This document shows, one piece after another, positions 54,309-62,990 of a DNA stretch of 64,000 bases. Source of the stretch: an uncultured virus (IMG/VR IMGVR_UViG_3300027278_000424) (lineage: Duplodnaviria; Heunggongvirae; Uroviricota; Caudoviricetes). The notes beneath the pieces are model-generated. The model was not told the DNA's origin. It did not search any database and saw only the letters and a list, made by a program, of their open reading frames with translations. The stretch lies in the IMG/VR virus record IMGVR_UViG_3300027278_000424; one strand, 5' to 3'. The translations under genes were made by a program, and so were the position numbers. Each line of letters opens with the position of its first letter. The stretch's first letter is position 1.

Positions 54309-56513
54309 ATGAAAGGAACCCTTTTTTCAACAGATTTTGTTAAAGACTCTAATGGAAACTTAAGATTGCTTGAAATCAATACAGATACTGCTATTGTTTC
54401 TTCTGCAATCAAACAATTAGACTTTACAGGATTTAAACAAGTATTAGAAAGTAATTCTATTACAAAAGTAAAGACAATCCATAAACTATATCAAGAAGAT
54501 ATCGTAGAAGCATTAAAAGCATACTTAGATGCAAATGTACCTTCAGTAAACTCTTTTGAAAGTATAGTTGAAGATAGCAACACTATTTATCCTACATCTG
54601 TAGAAGATGCAGCAGATACCTTTATCTTAAGGTTAGCTTATGATGAAGCTGCATTATTAGATAGTGAATATGCTAAAAACACACACAATATTCTAAAACT
54701 ATTCAGCGACAATGGGCAAATTAGTTCAACAGTTGGGTATTATTATGCTGGAGGCGGTAGTATAGAAGACCACCTTACAAGAGATTTTAATGCTGAAAAC
54801 GTTCCTGATATTTTAGTTAAAAACTTGAACACTACTTTAGGAGAGCCGATTGAGTTCTTTAAAATAGGTCAATCAAGTAAGACAGCTGAAGATAGATTTG
54901 CTGATGTATTCGATATGTTAGATGATACTAAAATTGCTATGAACTTCTACAACGATGAAGCAGCAGCAAAAGTAGAATCTTTTAGAACATTACACATAGT
55001 ATACGGAAGCGACCTAAACGTTATCGATGTAGCAGGATTTAAATCTTCAGCTATATTAGATAAACCAGCTTCTCTATCAGTAGTAGATGAAGATATAGTA
55101 ACGAAAGTAGATGTAAAGCACTACCATGAATTAACTACTACATTACCTAGATTTGGAGTAGGTTCTAACTACGGAGGTATCTTTGAAGAAGAGTTTATTG
55201 TAAAAGCAGACGGTACGTTAGTACCTATTAAAGACGCTACAGTAGGAGATTCCTTTAAATCATACTTTATTTCAGGTTCACCCGATACAGACATTGAATC
55301 AGAATATCTAGCATGGACTTACCCAGGATCTGAATTACCTAGTGGTTCTTACGCTACAACTTCTACTTTAGTAAACAACTTAGAAGTAGGTTTATTCTAT
55401 AATATGATCTTCCACGTAACTTTACAAGACGGAAGTGATTTTAGAGCAACAGGAAACTCTCACGTATTAGTTTACGATGTACAGGCAGACTTATTAAAGT
55501 ATGTTGCAGTAAACTATCTATCATCAGATAAACATAAATTAATATCTGCAGGAAATGGATTAGTAGATATTACAGGAGTTGTTTGTGAGATATTAGATGG
55601 GGAGTATTCTTCTCATATTCTAGATATGGAAATAGCCGATACATTCTTCATCGGTGATGGACAATTAAGCGTTAAGATTGTTGCCCACAACTGCTTCCCA
55701 GCTGGTACTAAAATTACAATGGCTGATGGTTCAGTCAAAAACATTGAAGACGTTAAGGCAGGAGATAAACTATTAACTATCAACGAAAATACTTTAGAAC
55801 AATCAGAAGGTAGAGTTGGAGATGTATTAGTTAAGAAAGATAGATTGTTATTCGAATTCAAATTAGAAGACGGAGGAGTAATCAAATCTACATCTCATCA
55901 CAGATATTTCGTAAAAGAAAAGTCATGGTTAACTGCTCAAGATATTCAAGTAGGAGACGTATTAGTTAGATCAAACGGAGATGATGTCAAAGTAGAATCA
56001 ATTGAACAGCACGAAGGTGAGTTTGAAGTATTCCATATTATTGATGTAAAAGATAACCATACTTACTACGCAGAAGATATTTTAGTTCATAACTATAAAG
56101 CTTGTTTCATCGCTGGAACAGAGATTACTTTAGCGAATGGAGATGTTAAAAATATCGAAGATGTAGCAGTAGGAGAAGAAGTTCTTACTTACAACGAAGA
56201 TAAAAAAGAAACAGAAGCAGGAGTAGTAGGAGACTTGAAGAAACATGAAGTTCAATCTGTAATCAGATTAACTCTTGATAATGAGAATGTAATCGTAACA
56301 ACTGAAGAACATCCTTTCTATGTAGTAGATGCAGGATGGGTAAAAGCAGGAGAATTACAACCATTAGATGTTTGTTTAAAAGAAGACGGTAAAGAATCTC
56401 TAATCTCTTCAGTAGAGGTATTAGAAGAGAAACATGAAGTATTTAACTTACTAAGCGTTTCTGAAAACCATAACTTCTTCGCTAACGGAATATTAGTTCA
56501 CAATAAAAAATAA
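54309..56513 (+). CDS. Protein with ATP-grasp-like N-terminus and three tandem Hint domains
   Basis: DF.KD..G.LRLLEIN; Hint units end VAHN (aa461), LVHN (aa595), LVHN (aa732); CFPAGT and CFIAGT block A motifs. Confidence 0.85.
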   Translation: MKGTLFSTDFVKDSNGNLRLLEINTDTAIVSSAIKQLDFTGFKQVLESNSITKVKTIHKLYQEDIVEALKAYLDANVPSVNSFESIVEDSNTIYPTSVEDAADTFILRLAYDEAALLDSEYAKNTHNILKLFSDNGQISSTVGYYYAGGGSIEDHLTRDFNAENVPDILVKNLNTTLGEPIEFFKIGQSSKTAEDRFADVFDMLDDTKIAMNFYNDEAAAKVESFRTLHIVYGSDLNVIDVAGFKSSAILDKPASLSVVDEDIVTKVDVKHYHELTTTLPRFGVGSNYGGIFEEEFIVKADGTLVPIKDATVGDSFKSYFISGSPDTDIESEYLAWTYPGSELPSGSYATTSTLVNNLEVGLFYNMIFHVTLQDGSDFRATGNSHVLVYDVQADLLKYVAVNYLSSDKHKLISAGNGLVDITGVVCEILDGEYSSHILDMEIADTFFIGDGQLSVKIVAHNCFPAGTKITMADGSVKNIEDVKAGDKLLTINENTLEQSEGRVGDVLVKKDRLLFEFKLEDGGVIKSTSHHRYFVKEKSWLTAQDIQVGDVLVRSNGDDVKVESIEQHEGEFEVFHIIDVKDNHTYYAEDILVHNYKACFIAGTEITLANGDVKNIEDVAVGEEVLTYNEDKKETEAGVVGDLKKHEVQSVIRLTLDNENVIVTTEEHPFYVVDAGWVKAGELQPLDVCLKEDGKESLISSVEVLEEKHEVFNLLSVSENHNFFANGILVHNKK

Positions 56514-56518
56514 GAATC

Positions 56519-56659
56519 ATGCCAGTAGTATATAAATCATTTGATTACCAAACAGAAGCAAGAGACAAAGCAGTAGAAGCAGCAGATGTAACTACAAAAC
56601 AGCAAATGAATGACATCGTTGCAAGCTTTGTAAATTTATTTAAAGCTAAACACCTATAG
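56519..56659 (+). CDS. Small protein, 46 aa (not in ORF track)
   Basis: MPVVYKSFDYQTEARDKAVEAADV...FKAKHL; fills the gap in the operon. Confidence 0.65.
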   Translation: MPVVYKSFDYQTEARDKAVEAADVTTKQQMNDIVASFVNLFKAKHL

Positions 56660-56673
56660 TATACAGCTTTAAA

Positions 56674-57201
56674 ATGGTTACTGAAAAAACGTTATTCTCA
56701 CAACAAGATTGCGAATACATTAAATCATTTTATGATGTAGCAATTGAGAAGAACGAAAAAGGTTTCAAAATAAACTCAGACAAATACCCACAAGGTATAG
56801 CAATAAAAGACGGTTCAGCAGTATCATGGAATGAAATCCAAAACGATACTCTGGACCGTTTCTTGTTAAGTAAGCTTATAGAGTTAGAAATAACTTCACT
56901 CCCTTATCTTAAGCTAATGAAGTACGGAGTCGGAAATGAAATGAAACCTCATAGAGATTTTCAGGCATATGATACAAGTACAATCTATAGATCAACAACA
57001 ATACAGCTAACCAGTCCGGAAGATTATAAAGGAGGAGAGTTATATGTAGAAGGAGTAAAAGCTAGTAATATACAAGGAACTGCAATTATGTTTAACCCCT
57101 ATCAAACACATTGGGTTACAGAGATTACTGAAGGAGAAAGATGGGTTATAGTAGCTTTTTTAGAAGAGTTTCATTTTAATACTAAGAAAAGTTTATTATG
57201 A
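56674..57201 (+). CDS. 2OG-Fe(II) oxygenase (prolyl hydroxylase-like)
   Basis: HRD, YKGGEL, H.V.EI.EGER. Confidence 0.88.
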   Translation: MVTEKTLFSQQDCEYIKSFYDVAIEKNEKGFKINSDKYPQGIAIKDGSAVSWNEIQNDTLDRFLLSKLIELEITSLPYLKLMKYGVGNEMKPHRDFQAYDTSTIYRSTTIQLTSPEDYKGGELYVEGVKASNIQGTAIMFNPYQTHWVTEITEGERWVIVAFLEEFHFNTKKSLL

Positions 57202-57707
57202 TTGATCAAAAAGTATTATTTACAGCAGAAGAATGTGAGTGGTTGAAATCCGCACAATCAACTATATACCCACCAGTAGAAGATACTAAATGGTGGGAGT
57301 CACATCGTATAAATTATAGATTTAAAAATATACAAGAAAGAGAAGTATTTGAACAGTCACGTTTAGATTTTGTTGCTAGTAGAGTTAAACAATTAGGAGT
57401 GAAATCTGTTCCTACATATAAAATTATACATTACGGTAAAGGTGGATTCTTCGCCCCTCACATAGATTCAGGGAGAAACCATCCAATTAGAAGAAAAACA
57501 TTATTAGTGCAGCTATCCTCTAAAGAAGATTATTCTGGAGGTGATATGTATGTTAAGGGTGTACTTTTTGAAAAGACAATAGGCAATACAATATTATTTG
57601 ATTCGTCATTAACTCATGAACTAAAATTAATAGAAGGAGGAAATAGATTAGTTATGGTCACATGGTTATCTATTTATAACCTTGAGAATCCTAAAACTTT
57701 ACTATGA
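57198..57707 (+). CDS. 2OG-Fe(II) oxygenase
   Basis: HID, YSGGD, HEL..IEGGNR. Confidence 0.88.
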   Translation: MIDQKVLFTAEECEWLKSAQSTIYPPVEDTKWWESHRINYRFKNIQEREVFEQSRLDFVASRVKQLGVKSVPTYKIIHYGKGGFFAPHIDSGRNHPIRRKTLLVQLSSKEDYSGGDMYVKGVLFEKTIGNTILFDSSLTHELKLIEGGNRLVMVTWLSIYNLENPKTLL

Positions 57708-58228
57708 TAACAGTTAAACATAACGTACTGTCGGATAGAGAGGTAAACAAGCTACTCACTTTATGGTATGATACAAAACCTAACCATATTATAACAGACG
57801 GCTATAAGTATAATATTGAAGCAGTAGAGATTTTAGACTACATAGATAAATTAAAACTTTCGTATTCTTTTCCAAAAGAACACTATAGGGACTTTATACT
57901 ACAGACAATAGATGAAACACATAGCAAAGCTCCTAATCATGACAAATATCACCGACATGAAAATGAATGGACATATGTTATGTACTTAAATGATAACTAT
58001 CAAGGAGGAGAAATAGAGTTTACTAATGGAACTATCATTAAACCACAAGTAGGAGATGTTATATACTTTTCACCTGAAGAAGGACATAGAGTTAAACCCC
58101 CATATGATTTTACCGAACAGTATTTTAAACACAACGGTAAGAGTATTCTTATGAATAAAAGATGGTCACTTGTCGGATTCATGAATTCTGACATTATAAA
58201 CGAGAATAAAAAAACATGCTTAATTTAA
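57704..58228 (+). CDS. 2OG-Fe(II) oxygenase (HxH variant)
   Basis: HRH, YLNDNYQGGE, HRV...R. Confidence 0.8.
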   Translation: MITVKHNVLSDREVNKLLTLWYDTKPNHIITDGYKYNIEAVEILDYIDKLKLSYSFPKEHYRDFILQTIDETHSKAPNHDKYHRHENEWTYVMYLNDNYQGGEIEFTNGTIIKPQVGDVIYFSPEEGHRVKPPYDFTEQYFKHNGKSILMNKRWSLVGFMNSDIINENKKTCLI

Positions 58229-58920
58229 TTTATACCTATTCAATCAAACTTAGCGGTAACAGTATAGAAAAATACGTTAAACTCCTAAATAAAGCATACC
58301 TACATAACAGTAAGTACCATTCTATAGTACTATATACCGATAGGGAGACATTACCGTATGTAGAAGATATTTTTCCGGAGATAAGATTAGTAGAAATAGA
58401 CAATCTTCAATTTATGGATGATATAAAAATGAAGATTATAGATAAACTTGAAAGCAATAGTATACTTACAGATTACGATATCTTTTTAAACTCACCTTTA
58501 ATACTTCCAGACAATTTTGATGTGTATGTAGATAGAAGAGGTAAGGTAAAAGAGTTAGTACTGTACAGCCATTTGTTTGAACATTTAAGACATGAAGGTT
58601 ATGGTATTTTTACTAAAGATGTAAATACCTATTTGAATGTAGGTATATTAAAAATCAACAGTGAACATAAAATAAAAGCTATTAAAGACGCATATTACGC
58701 TTTAAGAAATTGGTATGTGGATAATAAAATAGAAGAAAGAACTCAATTTACATACCATACAGGAGTATGCCCTTCTATAGCAGCTTTACAGTACAATTTA
58801 GATAAAATAGCTACTATAAGTAACTGGAAAGTATGTGAGATGAAAAAATACAACAACTACCATCATTTAGTTGGAGAAGATAAATTTAAAGAAATAAGCA
58901 CAAAAAATACTGTGATTTAG
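58216..58920 (+). CDS. Putative nucleotide-diphospho-sugar transferase (DUF6734-like)
   Basis: LYTD, DYD (DxD), NVGIL, YHHLVG. Confidence 0.55.
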   Translation: MLNLIYTYSIKLSGNSIEKYVKLLNKAYLHNSKYHSIVLYTDRETLPYVEDIFPEIRLVEIDNLQFMDDIKMKIIDKLESNSILTDYDIFLNSPLILPDNFDVYVDRRGKVKELVLYSHLFEHLRHEGYGIFTKDVNTYLNVGILKINSEHKIKAIKDAYYALRNWYVDNKIEERTQFTYHTGVCPSIAALQYNLDKIATISNWKVCEMKKYNNYHHLVGEDKFKEISTKNTVI

Positions 58921-58980
58921 TTGTCAAAACAGTATATTTTTCATATATTTAGATATATTAATCTATTAAAGACAAATGTT

Positions 58981-59169
58981 ATGAACAAATTATTTTTTGT
59001 ACCTTCAACCAAAATTAACGCAAGAATTGCCGACACTGTTGTTACAGGACAGCATATTACAGTAGAAGGGTTAACTTACCAAATGGTATCAAAAAGACCA
59101 CTTGGAAGAAGAGTACTAAGACGTCTAATTAACGAATCTACAAATACAAAAATTGTAATCTATTCATAA
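58981..59169 (+). CDS. Hypothetical protein (likely start MNKLFF)
   Basis: After a promoter at 58921-58951. Confidence 0.6.
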   Translation: MNKLFFVPSTKINARIADTVVTGQHITVEGLTYQMVSKRPLGRRVLRRLINESTNTKIVIYS

Positions 59170-59173
59170 CCAA

Positions 59174-59962
59174 ATGAAAGCAATATATAGCTACAAAATA
59201 TTCTCAGACCAACGTAAACCTTTAGATAAAACGTTTTGGAAACTAGCTGCATATAGTGTTAAGTCTGCTTCTAAGTATTATAGAACAGTTCTGTACTCCG
59301 ATGAAGAAAGTGGAAAGCTATTTGATAGACACGGAATTTATTTTGATGAGTATCATATTCTTCCTGAAATAGAAAATTATAAAGGAAGGGTTTATAGTGT
59401 ACCAAAAATATATGCAATGATTGCTGAGAAAGAGCCATATATTCATTTAGACTTTGACTCTGTAATACTGGAAGAGATTATATCTACACACACTATTACA
59501 TACGCATATACAGAAGTTGATTTAATAAATCTAGCAGGGTATGCTAGAATAGATTACGTATTTGGAGGATATGTAAGACCTTATCGAGACTTGTTGGTTG
59601 ATATATTTAAGGATGATATAATATATCCTGATTTTAATATAGTACCTAACCATTCTTTTCTGATGGTAAAAAATCCAACTATTGTTAGAGAGATTTACAA
59701 AAGAATACTCAGTAAAATACCAGCGGACATATTAGAAGAAGTAAGCCCTACATTATTAGAGCAATGTCTACTTTACCTATACTTAAAAGAAAATCAAACA
59801 GATATAGGATACTTAAGTTGGTATTCAGCAGAGAAGTTTTTAGAACGTGAGTTCGGTTCTTATAAATTTATACATTTACCATTTTACAACGAACCGGAAA
59901 AGAAAGAAGAAGTAGAGTTTGTTCTTAAAAAACTTGAAGAACAATTCGGCCCAATCGAATAA
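59174..59962 (+). CDS. Putative nucleotide-diphospho-sugar transferase (DUF6734-like)
   Basis: LYSD, PKIYA, PYIHLDFD, EQ, FIHL. Confidence 0.6.
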   Translation: MKAIYSYKIFSDQRKPLDKTFWKLAAYSVKSASKYYRTVLYSDEESGKLFDRHGIYFDEYHILPEIENYKGRVYSVPKIYAMIAEKEPYIHLDFDSVILEEIISTHTITYAYTEVDLINLAGYARIDYVFGGYVRPYRDLLVDIFKDDIIYPDFNIVPNHSFLMVKNPTIVREIYKRILSKIPADILEEVSPTLLEQCLLYLYLKENQTDIGYLSWYSAEKFLEREFGSYKFIHLPFYNEPEKKEEVEFVLKKLEEQFGPIE

Positions 59963-59977
59963 CAGTTATACCTTATT

Positions 59978-60328
59978 ATGAAAATTAAAGAGCTACTTTT
60001 AGGAGCCGTGTTATTTACTCTCGGACAGAGCATAGCCTGGTACCAGACTAATGGGCAATTTATAAGTAGTTGGATAAAAGAACATCCGTTACTTATGTCG
60101 GCAATAGTTGGAGTACCTGTTGGGATGTGTTATATTTACGGAACAACGTACACAGTAAGTGCTTTTGAAGGAGAATTATGGCCGGCAAGAATTATAGGAT
60201 TTACAACTGGTATATTTTCCTTTACAGTTCTTACTACACTACACTTAAATCAGACAATCGACCTTAAGACAGGTGTCATACTTAGTCTTGCAATTATAAT
60301 TATTTTACTACAAGCTTTTTGGAAATGA
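59978..60328 (+). CDS. Four-TM small membrane protein (SMR/EamA-like)
   Basis: Four hydrophobic helices. Confidence 0.6.
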   Translation: MKIKELLLGAVLFTLGQSIAWYQTNGQFISSWIKEHPLLMSAIVGVPVGMCYIYGTTYTVSAFEGELWPARIIGFTTGIFSFTVLTTLHLNQTIDLKTGVILSLAIIIILLQAFWK

Positions 60329-61209
60329 ATTTTTTAGATAGTCAATATCAAGACCTCCTCAAATACATTATTGAGAAAGGTCAAATAAAAGAAGATAGAA
60401 CCGGAACCGGAACATTATCAGTATTTGGTAGACAATTTAGACATGAGATGTCATTAGGCTTTCCTCTCCTAACAACAAAGAAGATAGCAGTCAAAACTAT
60501 GATGACTGAACTGAAATGGTTTCTAAAAGGAGATACTAATATCAAGTATTTAGTTGATAACGGTTGTAATATTTGGAATGGTGATGCTTATAAGAATTAT
60601 AGAAATAAGTTTGAACCAGCCCCTTATCAATTTACTCCAGATACAATGGAAGAGTTCATCAACAAAATCAAAACCGATGATGAGTTCGCAGAGGAGTGGG
60701 GTGAGTTAGGTCCAATATATGGAAAGCAATGGACTGATTGGAATGGTATAGACCAGATATTAAATCTTCTTAACTCAATAAAGAAGAACCCAAATAGTAG
60801 AAGATTGATGGTATCGGCTTGGAATGTAGGTGAATTACATGAGATGACATTACCTCCTTGTCATTACGGATTCCAGATAAATGTTAGAGGAGAGTATTTA
60901 GACCTAATGTGGAATCAAAGAAGTGTAGATACATTTTTAGGAGTACCTTTTAATATAGCCTCATATGGTCTGCTACTTAGTCTAATAGCGTATGAGACAG
61001 GTTATAAGCCTGGTTCTCTCATAGGATCTCTAGGAGATACACATCTATACACAAACCATATAGAACAGGCGAAGGAACAGATAAAAAGAACTTCATTTGA
61101 TCTTCCTACTCTTAAGATTATTTCATCTGATATTCTAAATGGAGAGTTTGAAGTAGAGTTTGAGAACTATATTTCACATCCTGCAATAAAAGCACCTTTA
61201 TCAAATTAA
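60319..61209 (+). CDS. thyA: Thymidylate synthase
   Basis: DRTGTGT, FPLLTTK, LGPIYG.QW, LPPCH, QRSVD.FLG.PFN, DTHLY. Confidence 0.96.
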   Translation: MEMNFLDSQYQDLLKYIIEKGQIKEDRTGTGTLSVFGRQFRHEMSLGFPLLTTKKIAVKTMMTELKWFLKGDTNIKYLVDNGCNIWNGDAYKNYRNKFEPAPYQFTPDTMEEFINKIKTDDEFAEEWGELGPIYGKQWTDWNGIDQILNLLNSIKKNPNSRRLMVSAWNVGELHEMTLPPCHYGFQINVRGEYLDLMWNQRSVDTFLGVPFNIASYGLLLSLIAYETGYKPGSLIGSLGDTHLYTNHIEQAKEQIKRTSFDLPTLKIISSDILNGEFEVEFENYISHPAIKAPLSN

Positions 61210-61265
61210 AGTTTGTAGTCTGAATTATTCTTCTTATATTAAGGTAGTTAAAAAAAGAAAAGGTT

Positions 61266-61631
61266 ATGCATTTAAGAACTACAAGAAGATTAGCTGAGAA
61301 GTATTTAAACAATTGTGAGAAAGTTTACGGATTAAGTAAGTTTCATGATAGCACTCCTTACATAGAGTTTCAACCTTATGTTCATTCTGTTTACACAGAA
61401 GATGATAATCCAATTGCAGAGTATATCTTTGACTATAATACTATTGTAATATACTATAAGAATATTCACAGTGCAGAAGATTTAGCTCAAACTATCGTTC
61501 ATGAATACCAACACTACTTACAATCACCAAGCTGGATGACTAGATACTATAATATGGGCTTCTGTTATTCAGACCATCCATATGAAATAGCAGCATTTAA
61601 TGAAGAGAAAAATTGGAAATTAGTTGCTTAG
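61266..61631 (+). CDS. Zn-metallopeptidase-like protein
   Basis: HEYQH plus PYEIAA. Confidence 0.7.
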   Translation: MHLRTTRRLAEKYLNNCEKVYGLSKFHDSTPYIEFQPYVHSVYTEDDNPIAEYIFDYNTIVIYYKNIHSAEDLAQTIVHEYQHYLQSPSWMTRYYNMGFCYSDHPYEIAAFNEEKNWKLVA

Positions 61632-61679
61632 TTAAAGTACATTTCACTATTTATTAAGAACTAAACTAAACTAGAATAT

Positions 61680-62492
61680 ATGGCATGTGGTTGTGGAAGA
61701 TCTCCAGACGGATGTAGAGGCTGGCACTCTTTAACAGAAGAAGAATTCAAAGTAGAATATGATGCGTTTCTAAAAGAAAAAGATGGTATCTTAAGAGTAA
61801 AAGAGGTAGAACATTATACCGATACTCTATTCAAATTCAAGTTAACTAAAACAGACGAATATAAATTTAAGGCCGGACAGTTTACAATGTTAAATGTAGA
61901 CGGTGCACCAAAAAGAGCTTATAGCTATACAAGTGGTCCGGAAGATGATTTTATAGAGTTCTATAGTATAAAGGTACCAAATGGACCTCTTACAAGTAAG
62001 CTTCAGAAGATACAAGTAGGAGACTTTGTAAATGTTTCTCCAAAAGCTACTGGAACACTCATAGTAGATAATCTTACAGAAGGAGACGATTTATGGTTAC
62101 TTGCTACAGGAACTGGAATTGCACCATTCATTAGTATGTTATGTGATCCTTTAACTTACGACAGATTTAAAAACATTCATGTTGTATGGTCGGTAAGAGT
62201 AAAAGAAGAACTAGACGCTTTTCATGATTGGTTAGGAAGTATAGGAATAGATTATATTCCAATTGTTACTCGAGATGATAGATGGGAAGGAGAGAAAGAA
62301 AGAATAACAACTCTTATTCAAAGAGGAGACATAATGAAAGATAGTACTCCAGATAATGATAAAGTAATGCTATGCGGTAATATGGACTTCAACAAAGAGA
62401 TAAAAAATCTACTTGTTGACGAAAGAGGATGGGTAGAAGGTAATAGTAGACAAGCAGGATCATTTGCTTTAGAGAAAGCTTTTGTTGGATAA
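61680..62492 (+). CDS. fpr: Ferredoxin-NADP+ reductase with N-terminal CDGSH-like Fe-S motif
   Basis: RAYSY, G.LTS.L, ATGTGIAPF, MLCGN; N-terminal CGCGRSPDGCRGWH. Confidence 0.85.
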   Translation: MACGCGRSPDGCRGWHSLTEEEFKVEYDAFLKEKDGILRVKEVEHYTDTLFKFKLTKTDEYKFKAGQFTMLNVDGAPKRAYSYTSGPEDDFIEFYSIKVPNGPLTSKLQKIQVGDFVNVSPKATGTLIVDNLTEGDDLWLLATGTGIAPFISMLCDPLTYDRFKNIHVVWSVRVKEELDAFHDWLGSIGIDYIPIVTRDDRWEGEKERITTLIQRGDIMKDSTPDNDKVMLCGNMDFNKEIKNLLVDERGWVEGNSRQAGSFALEKAFVG

Positions 62493-62552
62493 AAAGTTGC
62501 TGCAATGGACTATTATTCTTATATTAAGGTATAATTAAAAATAGTAAGAGTT

Positions 62553-62951
62553 ATGACAACAGCAAAACTTTATTTAGTTACTTTTGAGTATGAAGGTACA
62601 AAATTTTTCAAAGTAGGTATTACAGAAAAAGGAGATGTAATGGATAGGTTTAAGTACTCTATACTTAAATATAAACTAATGAACTTTAAAATACATAAGT
62701 CCTCTTGGTTTAAATCTTTGGAAGCAGCAGAGAAAGCTGAACAAAAATGCTTTGCAGACATTAAACAAACCTTTCCAGAAAATAACTATGTTGATGCTCA
62801 AGGGAACCACTACTTCCATAATAAGTGGTTAGATGAAAAGATAAATGGTATAACTGAAATCAGAGTATACAATGGAGAAGAGTATAAATTTGCATGGAAT
62901 TTTGTACATAATAATGGAGTAAATAAATATAAGGATTTAGTAGGTTCTTAG
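62553..62951 (+). CDS. GIY-YIG/T5orf172-like protein
   Basis: LYLV...FFKVGIT...R...E pattern. Confidence 0.5.
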   Translation: MTTAKLYLVTFEYEGTKFFKVGITEKGDVMDRFKYSILKYKLMNFKIHKSSWFKSLEAAEKAEQKCFADIKQTFPENNYVDAQGNHYFHNKWLDEKINGITEIRVYNGEEYKFAWNFVHNNGVNKYKDLVGS

Positions 62952-62990
62952 TAAACTTATTCTTATATTAAGGTATAAATAATAAGGGTT

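Noticed and set aside
55692..56504. Ordinary selfish inteins
   Set aside because: No homing endonuclease, no conserved enzyme rebuilt by splicing, and the +1 residues are Tyr and Lys.
321..62761. Other minus-strand ORFs and nested alternative-frame plus-strand ORFs in the track (e.g. 40424-40942, 28106-28519, 14376-14750, 28626-28886)
   Set aside because: They lie within well-supported + strand genes and show no recognisable motifs.
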